The notes under the pieces were generated by a model. It saw only the letters and a program-made list of their open reading frames with translations, did not search any database and had not been told where the DNA came from. From assembly GCA_963716815.1 (NCBI GenBank), contig CAVQUM010000004.1:70333-134332 (forward strand): a stretch of DNA of 64,000 nucleotides, in the 5' to 3' direction. The position numbers and the translations under genes were made by a program. Positions 1-8,332 of this stretch are shown in pieces. This DNA is from an uncultured Chloroflexia bacterium (lineage in GTDB: Bacteria; Chloroflexota; Limnocylindria; Limnocylindrales; CSP1-4). Each line of letters opens with the position of its first letter. The stretch's first letter is position 1.

Positions 1-1
1 C

Positions 2-397
2 CGAAGCGTCGTCCTCGATGCCGGCGCCCTGATCGCGCTCTCGCGCAGGCGACTGCGGCGCGCGCGCCGTCACGCGTGCGCGGAAGCGACGCTATGAAGT
101 CGATCGTCCCCACGCCCGTCGTCGCGCAGGTGCACCGAGGAGGCCGGGACCGTGCGTCGATGGATCGCACGCTCAAGGCGGTCGATCCGTTCGTGCCGAC
201 GACGATCGCTCGATACCGCGATGCGTGCTGGGAGTCCTGCTCGGCCGGACCGGGCTGTCCGACGCGGTCGATGCGATCGTCGTGGCGGAGGCCTCGAGGA
301 GCTCGCTCGCGACCATCCTGACGAGTGACCCCGATGACATCGCCGGCTGGTCGATGCTGACGAAGCCGGCCGTGATGTCTACGTGGAGGCCGTGTAG
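2..397 (+). pseudogene. PIN-domain (VapC-like) toxin remnant, 5' partial, multiply frameshifted
   Basis: Reading successive frames gives VVLDAGALIALSR / IVPTPVVAQVHRGG / LDTAMRAG / VLLGRTGLSDAVDAIVVAEASRSSLATILTSDPDDIA / VDADEAGRDVYVEAV*. This is the usual order of PIN motifs. It needs about six 1-nt frame changes, so no single ORF encodes it. Confidence 0.45.
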
Positions 398-407
398 GCC
401 CGGACCT

Positions 408-1575
408 CAGTCCACGAGGTACTCGTAGCTGATGACCATCTCGTCGCCGGGCTCGACGCTGATCGGCCAGCGCATGAGGTTGCCCGGCTCGAGCTGCGGC
501 TTGATCGAGGCCTCCATCTCCTCGGCGTGCGGTGCGCAGGAAGTCGACCACGTCCATGTGCACCGTGGTCGGGGTGAAGTTCTCGATCGTGAGCGTGACC
601 TCGTACTGGTAGTCGAAGCGACCCATGTCGACGGCCGTCTGCGTCTGCTCGCGCTTCACGCGCACGTCCTGCAGGTGGCCGATGGTGACGCTGCCCTCGC
701 CGCCGACCGGGGTCAGCTCGATGAAGTCGCTGCCGATGAAGAGGCCGTCCTGGTAGTTGCGCACGACGCCCTCGCTGAAGGGCTGGTCGCTCTCGTTCTT
801 GACCTTGTAGATGACCGTGACCTGCTCGTCGGTGGGCGCGTTCCAGATGTGCAGCCGGCGGGCCGGCAGTTCCTGGCCCACGAGCTGGGAGTAGATGGTG
901 TCGCCCGGCTCCGCGGTCAGCTTCCCGATGTCGTAGGTGTGCTGGATGTCGACCTGGCCCACGGGTGCGGAGACGGCCAGCGAGTCGGCCATCTCGAAGC
1001 CGGCGAGCTTCTGGTTCATCGAGAGCTCGGCCGCCGGGGCGATGGGCCGGTTGAGGTCGACCATGCCCGCGACCAGCTGTGTGTCGACATCGTCGAGTTC
1101 GAGCGCGCTATCGCTGATCTCGGCGAAGTAGTCGAGCTCCACGGTCTCGTCGGTGTCGGCCCCGACCCACATGTCGTAGGTCGGCCGCCAGCTCACGCCA
1201 CCGAGCAGGTACTCCATGGAGATGTCGCGCAGCTCGGAGTCGGTGGCGGACTGCCACTTGATGGTCGGCTGGCCGGTGCCGAAGTTCGAGCCGGTAGTTG
1301 GAGACGCGCTGCCCGTTCTCGCGCAGCACCAGCGTGTCGGTGTAGACCGTCGCTGGCAGCACGATGCGCACGTCGACGCCGCCGGGCAGGGCCACTTCGT
1401 CGCGGGCGTAGGCCACGTTGTTGAGGAAGACCGCCACCCGGTCGGGGGCGCTGGTGTAGCTGATCGAGTCGTCGATGGCTGCGCTCGTCGCGCCGGCGGT
1501 GGCACCGACGACGAGGCTGGCGGTGATAGCGGCGACCGTGGTGGTTCGAGTGGCACGCATCTGTAGCTCCTTCAC
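408..1575 (-). pseudogene. secreted DUF4140/DUF4139-like protein, one frameshift near 1285
   Basis: ORF 1108..1575 has a signal peptide and the segment DRVAVFLNNVAYARDEVALPGGVDVRIVLP, then turns Arg-rich after SNYRLE. Skipping one base continues FGTGQPTIKWQSATDSELRDISMEYLLGGVSW... through to LMRWPISVEPGDEMVISYEYLVD* (stop 408-410). Confidence 0.5.
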
Positions 1576-1679
1576 TCAGGCGCGCCGGACCGTCTGGGCA
1601 CGCATCACTGCCAAGACGCTACTCGCTCGCGCCTGGTTCCCGCTACGGTGCCAAACGTCACCGCCACGCTGGAGGGAGC

Positions 1680-2683
1680 ATGGGGACCACCGATCGCAAG
1701 CTGAAGGTCGCCGTCGTCGGTACGGGTGAGTGGTGGGGCTACCATCACGCCCGGGTCTATCACTCCCGGCCGGACACGGAGCTGGCCGGGATCCTGGGGC
1801 GGAGCCAGGCCAAGGTCGATGCCCGCGCGGCCGAGTTCGGGGTCACTGGCTACACGGATCTGGCCGCGCTGCTGGAGGCTGAGCAGCCCGACCTGATGTC
1901 GGTGTGCCTGCCCAACGAGGCCCACTACGAGACGACGCTGGCCATCATCAGCGCGGGCGTGCCGCTGCTGGTGGAGAAGCCGCTCGTGTTCGACCTTGCG
2001 CAGGCGGATGCGCTCATCGCCGAGGCGGCCGAGCGCGACCTCTGGTTCGGGCTCAACTTCAACCATCGCTATGCGGAGCCGGTGCAGATGGCCAAGGCTG
2101 CCGTCGACGCCGGTGAGCTGGGTCCGATCAGCTTCGCCACCTGGCGCTTCGGCGGGGAGATCGGGACCAGCGAGCGATCCACACGCGAACCTCATCGAGA
2201 CGCAGTGCCACGGGCTGGACATGCTCGAGCACCTGTGCGGGCCCATCGACAGCGTGATGGCGCAGATGACCGACCCGGCCGGCAAGGGCTACACCACGCT
2301 GGTGGTGGCGCTGCGGCTTCGCCTCGGGGGCGGTCGGGAGCCTGGTCGGCTCGTACGACTCCTCCTACGCCTATCCGGACACGCACATGGTCGAGGTCAA
2401 CGGTCGCGACGGACGGCTGCTCATCGAGGACACGGTGCGGCGCTACACCTTCAACAAGGCCGGCGACGAGACCGCACGGGTCTGGCAGGCGGGCTACTTC
2501 AACGACCGCGAGCGCGAGTTCCATCGCCTCTTCGACCGCCACGCCGACGCCTACCTGGCCGCCTTCCGTGCCGGCGAGGAGCCACCCGTGCACGCTCGAG
2601 CGGGCCGTCGAGCCCTGGCCCTGGCGCACGCGATCATCGAGTCGTTCGAGACGGGCCGGCGCGTCACTACGGAGCAGATCTAG
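1680..2683 (+). pseudogene. Gfo/Idh/MocA family oxidoreductase, two frameshifts (~2175, ~2317)
   Basis: Rossmann N-terminus KVAVVGTGEWWGYHHARVY and LLVEKPL. The protein continues one frame over as DPHANLIETQCHGLDMLEHLCGP, then again as FASGAVGSLVGSYDSSYAYPDTHMVEVNGRDGRLLIED...ESFETGRRVTTEQI*. Confidence 0.75.
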
Positions 2684-3252
2684 CGCCGGTCTCCGCGAGC
2701 AGGCGAGAGACGTCCACGCAGGCGGCACGCACGCGCGTTGGTGATCACCTGGCTGGGGTGGGCGGCGCCGTAGCGGCGCAGGGACCGCTGGCGGGCGCCT
2801 CGGCCGGGGAGCTTCGCTCGTGAGTCCCGACGGATCGCCGGAACCCGAGAGCGACACGAGCGACTCCGGCGCATCAGCAGCAGGGATGTGAGGGCCCGCG
2901 GCATCGTTCGGGGGCTTCCCACCCGGACTCACTGCCGGCGCCTGGCATAGCAGCGACCCCTTCCGCGTTCAGGATGCGACGGACTGGCTCGCCGACGGAG
3001 ACGCCCGCTTCCGGCTGACCCGGCACATCATCGATGCGGGCGCTGCGATCACGCTGCCTGGTGCTCCTGCGATGCCGATCTACCTCGTGGAGTCGGGGGC
3101 GGTGCCGCATGCGGTCGGTGGAGCCGACGGCAAGACCGAGACCACCTATCTGCGGGATCCGGAAGCGAGTTCTCGACGTGGGCCTTCGAGGGCGTGGAGC
3201 AGACGCTGGCGGTCGCGGACACCGAGTAGCTACTGAACGACTGCGCACGACA

Positions 3253-3288
3253 GAAGACACGGCACCCTCCTGAGGGTGCCGTGTCTTC
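3253..3288. terminator. perfect 17-bp stem hairpin between convergent coding regions
   Basis: GAAGACACGGCACCCTC-CT-GAGGGTGCCGTGTCTTC sits 24 nt beyond the stop of the gene ending at 3312. There is no U-tract, which is common in high-GC actinobacteria. Confidence 0.5.
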
Positions 3289-3311
3289 GATGTGCGTGGT
3301 TGGCGCCGAGA

Positions 3312-4289
3312 TCAGCCCATGGTCAGGGCCATCACCGCCTTCTGGGCGTGGAGCCGGTTCTCGGCCTCGTCGAAGGCCGCCGACTTGGGCCCGTCGATGA
3401 CCGCGTCGGCCACCTCAACGCCACGGTCGGCCGGCAACGGATGCATCCAGATGGCGTCGTCCGCCGTCATGGCCATGCGCCGCTCGTCGGAGATCCAGTC
3501 GGTGTACTGCCCCGCGATCTTGGCGCCTTCCTCGTCAGAGACACCCAGGGTGTGGGCACCCCACGACTTGGCATAGACGATGTCCGCGCCGTCGAAGCCG
3601 GCATCGAAGTCGGTCAGCTGCTCGAAGGCGCCTCCGGCCGCAGCCACGTTGGCCGCCGCCTCTTCCATGATCTGCGGCATCAGCTTGAACTCGGGCGGGT
3701 GGACCAGCTTGACGTCCATGCCGAAGCGGGTCGCGGCGAGCAGCAGTGACTGCGGCACCGAGATGGGCTTCTGATAGGACGACGCATAGGCCCAGCTGAT
3801 GGTGATCGACTGGCCCCGCAGGCGGCCCTTCTTCTCGATGATGGTCATCAGGTCCGCGAGGATCTGGAAGGGGTGGTACGTCTCGCACTGCATGTTGAGC
3901 ACGGGCACGCGCGAGGCCTCGGCCACGGCACGGATGTACTCGTTGCCCTCACCCGGGGTGACGTGACGGATGGCGATGCCATCGTTGTAGCGGCCCAGGA
4001 TCTCGCCGATCTCGGTGGCCGTGTCGCCGTGGGCGATCTGCGTGGTGCGGCTCTCCATGAACATGCCGTGCCCGCCGAGCTGGGCCATGCCCGCCTCGAA
4101 CGAAGCACGTGTGCGGGTGCTGCTGAAGAAGAAGAGCATGGCCAGCGTCTTGTCCAGCAGGTAGGCGTGGCGCTCACCGAGCGCGCGCTTGCGCTTGAGC
4201 TCGAAGGCCACGTCGAGCGCGGTCTCGATCTCCTCGTTGGTCCAGTCCGAGAGCGCGATGAGGTCGCGCCCCCGAAGTCCGGTCTGCAT
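3312..4289 (-). CDS. transcarbamylase of the N-acetyl/N-succinyl-ornithine (AOTCase/SOTCase)/YgeW-like subgroup, specificity unknown
   Basis: Intact 325-aa ORF. Carbamoyl-phosphate motifs are FFFSSTRTRASFE and YHPFQILAD. It has DIVYAKSWGA in place of the OTCase DxxxSMG motif, HPLPADRGVEV in place of HCLP, and the C-terminal DEAENRLHAQKAVMAL. Confidence 0.85.
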   Translation of the reverse strand: MQTGLRGRDLIALSDWTNEEIETALDVAFELKRKRALGERHAYLLDKTLAMLFFFSSTRTRASFEAGMAQLGGHGMFMESRTTQIAHGDTATEIGEILGRYNDGIAIRHVTPGEGNEYIRAVAEASRVPVLNMQCETYHPFQILADLMTIIEKKGRLRGQSITISWAYASSYQKPISVPQSLLLAATRFGMDVKLVHPPEFKLMPQIMEEAAANVAAAGGAFEQLTDFDAGFDGADIVYAKSWGAHTLGVSDEEGAKIAGQYTDWISDERRMAMTADDAIWMHPLPADRGVEVADAVIDGPKSAAFDEAENRLHAQKAVMALTMG

Positions 4290-4299
4290 CGATCGCCCC

Positions 4300-5256
4300 C
4301 TACTCGGCCTTGCCGAGGATGAGCGTCAGCAGCGCCATGCGCATGACCACGCCGTTGAAGGCCTCCACCCAGTAGCGGCCGAAGCGGGTCTCATCGACGT
4401 CCGCGGTGAGCTCGTCCATGCGCGGCAGGCTGTGCAGCACGAACGCGTCGCGCTTGGCCTTCTCGTGCAGCAGCTTGAGGTTGACGACGTACTCGGGCGG
4501 TGTGAGGCCCTTCTCGACGTCCTTCTCATCCACGCGGCCCTGGGTGTAGTCGGCCTGGACGACCGGCTCCATGTAGATGACATCGGCCTCGCCGATGACG
4601 TCACGGATGTCGCCGACCTCGCGGTAGTAGGTGGAGCGCTCGTCGAGCTCAGCCTTGAACTCGGGCAGCAGGCTCATCTCATCGGGGCCGATGATGATGG
4701 CCTCCATGTCGAAGCGTGACATCGCGTACAGGATCGAGTGCATCGTGCGCATGCGCATGTCGCCGACGAGGATGAGCTTGAGCCCGTCGAGGGTGCCCTT
4801 CTCCTTCCAGATGGTGTAGAGGTCCGTCAGCACCTGGGTGGGATGCTCGCCCCAGCCGTCGCCGCAGTTGATGACCGGGACGCTGGCCCACTTGGCGGCC
4901 TCGTGCGGCGCGCCCTGCTGGTAGTGCCGGATGGCGATGACATCGCCGTAGTACTCCAGCATGTGGAAGGTGTCCTTCAGTGACTCCATGTAGAAGTCGC
5001 CAGCGCGGGTCATCTTGGCGTCGCTGAAGCCGAGCACGTGACCGCCGAGGCGATGCATCGCAGCCTCGGTCGAGAGGCGCGTGCGGGTGGACGGCTGGTA
5101 GAACGCGGTCAGCAGCGTCTTGTCGGCGAGGAGGTCGGTGTTGCGGCGGTCACGCGCGATCGGCGCCAGGTCGTCGCAGACCTGGAAGATGCGCAGGTAC
5201 TCGTCGCGGGTCATGTCCTTGAGGGACAGGATGTCGCGGCCCTTGAAGCTTCTCAT
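4300..5256 (-). CDS. aspartate-carbamoyltransferase-fold (PyrB-like) paralog with altered second-substrate site
   Basis: Motifs YQPSTRTRLSTE, VIAIRH, GEHPTQ, VGDMRMRTMHS and HSLPR. I chose the MRSFKGRDILSL start (ATG 5256, AGGAGGAAGG upstream, 22 nt after the upstream stop) over the ORF-track start at 5319, which would overlap the upstream gene. Confidence 0.85.
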   Translation of the reverse strand: MRSFKGRDILSLKDMTRDEYLRIFQVCDDLAPIARDRRNTDLLADKTLLTAFYQPSTRTRLSTEAAMHRLGGHVLGFSDAKMTRAGDFYMESLKDTFHMLEYYGDVIAIRHYQQGAPHEAAKWASVPVINCGDGWGEHPTQVLTDLYTIWKEKGTLDGLKLILVGDMRMRTMHSILYAMSRFDMEAIIIGPDEMSLLPEFKAELDERSTYYREVGDIRDVIGEADVIYMEPVVQADYTQGRVDEKDVEKGLTPPEYVVNLKLLHEKAKRDAFVLHSLPRMDELTADVDETRFGRYWVEAFNGVVMRMALLTLILGKAE

Positions 5257-5278
5257 TTCGGGGGTGTCCTTCCTCCTG

Positions 5279-6643
5279 CTACTGGGGACTGGGTGTGTCG
5301 GCGTCTCTGCGGGCGCCACTGAAGATCACTGCCACGGTCTCGTCTGGGCGGACGACGCCGTCGCGGGTGAGCTCGATGAGGCCGGCGAGGCCGGCGGTTC
5401 CGGTGTGGTCGGCATCGATCCCGACCACGGGTCGTGCCAGGGCGTTGGCAGCTTCGAGCGTGGCCTCGTCGACCACGACCGAGCGACCGCCGGTGATGAG
5501 CATGGCACGCACGACGGCGAGCCAATCATAGGTCTCGTCATCGAGGATGCCATGAGCGACCGAGACGGGCTCGGTCTCCCAGGCCCACATGAAGTCCGAG
5601 CGATGCCGGGCCACGACCTCGAGGGCATGGTCCACGGCCTCGACCGGCACGGGCTCGCCGATGATGACGCCGAGCTGGCCGGCCACGCGCTCATGGGCGC
5701 GGGCCAGGGGATAGGCACCTTCGGTCTGCACGGTGTCGATGACCGGCATGCGGGCGATCTGGCCGAAGGCGAGGGCTTCCTCGAGGGCCTGGGCCGCTGA
5801 CGAGGCGAAGGCCCCGCCGCCGACGTGGATGACGAGGCGGTCGAGCGCGACGTCGTCGGGCAACTGGTCGATGAGCTCCCAGGCCAGCGTCTGGCCGCCC
5901 TCGATGGCCAGGCCGTTGAGGTTGCCCTGCACGGTGAAGGGCACCGCGCCATCGGCGATGGCGGCCGTCAGCCGATGCACCGTGGGGTCGCCGGCCTGGC
6001 CCGGCTTGCGCTCGCAGACCTCGATCTCTGCCCCCAGCGTTCGCAGCCGCTCGATCACGGCCGGCTCGGCCGACGGCGGCACGAACACCAGCAGGCGCCG
6101 GCGTGCAGCCCGAGCCACGACCGCGGCCGCGAGGGCAGCGTTGCCGCAGGAGGCGATGGCCAGCGGCGTCTTGGGGTCGATCGCGCCGGTCGACTCGGCC
6201 ACGCGCAGCGCCAGCATCACGCCCATGAGGTGGCGGGCCTTGTGCGAGCCCGAGACGTTGCCGGTCTCGTCCTTGACCCAGACCCCGCCCTCGGTCAGGC
6301 CGAGCTCGTCGTCGAGGGCCGGTACGCGCACCAGCGGCGTCGTGCGAAAGCCGCTGCCGTCGACCTCCGCGACCGCGTCGTCGAGCTCGCGCACGAGATC
6401 CACGTAGCGCGCGTCGGTCCAGCCGACCGCGCGCGCCGCATGGTAGCTGTGGAAGCGGCGCCGGTAGCGCACGAATGGGTCGTCGTCCGCGTCGATCTCG
6501 GCAGCCACAGCGGGGTCGAGCACGCGCCGCAGCACGTGGTCGATGTCGTCGCCGGGCTGCTGGGCGGGACAGGCCCAGGCGATGGCTGTCTCGGCCGGGA
6601 TCTCGGTCCCGCAGCCGGCGCAGATGAGGCGCGACACCGCCAT
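5279..6643 (-). CDS. fold-type-II PLP enzyme, threonine-synthase-like, with N-terminal CxxC element
   Basis: MAVSRLICAGCGTE...WACP followed by VWVKDETGNVSGSHKARH, a PALP K-x-E-x-x-N-x-x-GS-x-K-x-R pattern that includes the Schiff-base lysine. ATG at 6643 lies 2 nt after the upstream stop; the 516-aa track ORF is an upstream overextension. Confidence 0.8.
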   Translation of the reverse strand: MAVSRLICAGCGTEIPAETAIAWACPAQQPGDDIDHVLRRVLDPAVAAEIDADDDPFVRYRRRFHSYHAARAVGWTDARYVDLVRELDDAVAEVDGSGFRTTPLVRVPALDDELGLTEGGVWVKDETGNVSGSHKARHLMGVMLALRVAESTGAIDPKTPLAIASCGNAALAAAVVARAARRRLLVFVPPSAEPAVIERLRTLGAEIEVCERKPGQAGDPTVHRLTAAIADGAVPFTVQGNLNGLAIEGGQTLAWELIDQLPDDVALDRLVIHVGGGAFASSAAQALEEALAFGQIARMPVIDTVQTEGAYPLARAHERVAGQLGVIIGEPVPVEAVDHALEVVARHRSDFMWAWETEPVSVAHGILDDETYDWLAVVRAMLITGGRSVVVDEATLEAANALARPVVGIDADHTGTAGLAGLIELTRDGVVRPDETVAVIFSGARRDADTPSPQ

Positions 6644-6645
6644 GG

Positions 6646-8133
6646 TCAGGCGGTCACCGCGGCGTTGAACTCGTCGATCATGTCGTCCCACTCGGTCACG
6701 ATCGAGCGGGTCTCGACCCAGAAGTCCTGACTCTCGCGCGCGGTGAACTCCTCGAAGGTGACGCCCTGCTGCTCGACCCAGGTGTAGTAGCCCAGGTTGA
6801 ACATGCGCAGGCGGTCCGCGTGCGTGCATTCGAGCATGTGGGCGGTGTCCACGCCATCGAGATAGGCCGCGCGGACCTCTCCGGCAGCGGCTGCGTCGAA
6901 GGTGCCGCGGTGGTCACGAGCCACGATGCCGTCGATCTCGGAGGCGTACATACCCGCGCCATCGGTGGCCACGGTGGCGATGACGTCCTTGGGGCCGAGC
7001 CCCTGCTGCACCGCCACCTTGATCGCGGCCAGGACGTTGCAGATCGACGAGTAGCCGAAGGAGCAGAGCTGGTCGACCACCGCCTGCGGCACGCCCATGC
7101 GCTCGCGCAGGTGCTCATGGCCGACCTCGGTGTTGAAGAGCACCATCAGGTTGTCCGTGGCGCGGTCGCTGATGTCGACGATGAAGTCGGTGTTCATGGC
7201 GTTGTGGATGAGCGGCACGTGCTTGTCGCCGATGCCCTGGATGTTGTGTTCGCCGAAGCCGTTGTAGAGCAGCGTGGGGCACTCGAGCGCTTCGACCGCG
7301 GCGATGCGCGTGCCGTACTCCTCCTTGAGGTAGTCGCCCGCGGCGATGGCTCCAGCCGAACCGGTGGCCGAGGTGAAGACCGACAGGCGCAGCTCGTCGT
7401 CTTCCTCGACGAGGCGATCGAAGACGCGCGCGATCGCGGCACCGGTCAGGTAGAAGTGGCCGATGTGGTTCCCGAACTCGCTGAACTGGTTGAAGATGAC
7501 GGTGTCCGGATCCCGGTCAAGCTCGGCGCACTTGTCGTAGATCTCCTTCACGTTCGACTCGGTGCCGGGCGTGCGGATGATGTCGTCGGGCGAAGTCACC
7601 CACGAGGCCAGCCAGTCGAAGCGCTCCTGGCTCATGCCCTCGGGCAGCACCGCCACACCGTGGCTCTGCATGATGCGGCTGACAGCCACGCCGCCGCGGC
7701 AGTAGTTGCCGGTGGAGGGCCAGATAGCGCGCTGTGACTCCGGTTCGAACTGACCGGTCACGATGCGCGGCGCGAGGCAGCCGTAGGCGGCGATGAGCTT
7801 GTGCGAGTGGATCATGGGGAAGCGGTCGCCCAACAGCACCACGATGGGCGAGGGCACACCGGTCAGCTCCGGCGGCAGGACCACGTGGGCCGGGGTCGAC
7901 ACCGGCATCGGCTCGTCGAACTCGTTGTGCCAGTGGGCACGGAAGAGGTTGCGTGGATCGGCTGCGTCGGGGTCGGCCTCGGCCACGTTGCTCAGCAGGT
8001 CGAGCGGCATGGCGCAGGGGTCGGCCAGTTGGGCGAACGTGGGCATGACGATGCCGGCCTCGCGAAAACGCCGGACGGAGCTGGCGTAGACATCCTGGTC
8101 CACCACTTCACGTTCGAGTCCCAGGCGTCGCAT
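6646..8133 (-). CDS. fold-type-II PLP enzyme, long (495 aa) cysteine-synthase/TrpB-like family (OrtB-thiolase-like size class)
   Basis: Intact ORF with FPMIHSHKLIAAYG (candidate PLP lysine), a glycine-rich SATGSAGAIAAG loop and a ~100-aa N-terminal extension. It is the first gene of the 4-gene minus-strand operon. Confidence 0.75.
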   Translation of the reverse strand: MRRLGLEREVVDQDVYASSVRRFREAGIVMPTFAQLADPCAMPLDLLSNVAEADPDAADPRNLFRAHWHNEFDEPMPVSTPAHVVLPPELTGVPSPIVVLLGDRFPMIHSHKLIAAYGCLAPRIVTGQFEPESQRAIWPSTGNYCRGGVAVSRIMQSHGVAVLPEGMSQERFDWLASWVTSPDDIIRTPGTESNVKEIYDKCAELDRDPDTVIFNQFSEFGNHIGHFYLTGAAIARVFDRLVEEDDELRLSVFTSATGSAGAIAAGDYLKEEYGTRIAAVEALECPTLLYNGFGEHNIQGIGDKHVPLIHNAMNTDFIVDISDRATDNLMVLFNTEVGHEHLRERMGVPQAVVDQLCSFGYSSICNVLAAIKVAVQQGLGPKDVIATVATDGAGMYASEIDGIVARDHRGTFDAAAAGEVRAAYLDGVDTAHMLECTHADRLRMFNLGYYTWVEQQGVTFEEFTARESQDFWVETRSIVTEWDDMIDEFNAAVTA

Positions 8134-8257
8134 CGCATCCTCCGTCTGTCATCTTCGTCGGCCGTCGCCGAAGCAGGGCCAGTGCTGCTCATCGAGCGGC
8201 GGTCCGGCCGGCCGTGCCTGCGAGTGGGGCGGCATCGTTGCCGGCAGGTTCGCCTAG

Positions 8258-8277
8258 CCTAACGGTGTTCGTTAAGG
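8258..8277. promoter_or_regulatory. near-palindromic AT-rich site in divergent intergenic region
   Basis: CCTAACG-GTGTT-CGTTAAGG (core TAACG N5 CGTTA). It is the only AT-rich patch in the 199-bp gap between the operon start (8133) and the Mo-enzyme start (8333). Confidence 0.3.
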
Positions 8278-8332
8278 GTAGGGTGTCGCTAGGGCCACAT
8301 GGCCCCGCATCACGCACGAACGGCAGGGACTC

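Noticed and set aside
5279-6829. 516-aa version of the ThrC-like PLP gene, and the 339-aa version of the ATCase-like gene (start 5319).
   Set aside because: The upstream extensions overlap the preceding genes by 184 nt and 41 nt respectively and are Arg/Pro-rich. Internal starts at 6643 and 5256 give family-typical N-termini and tight operon spacing.
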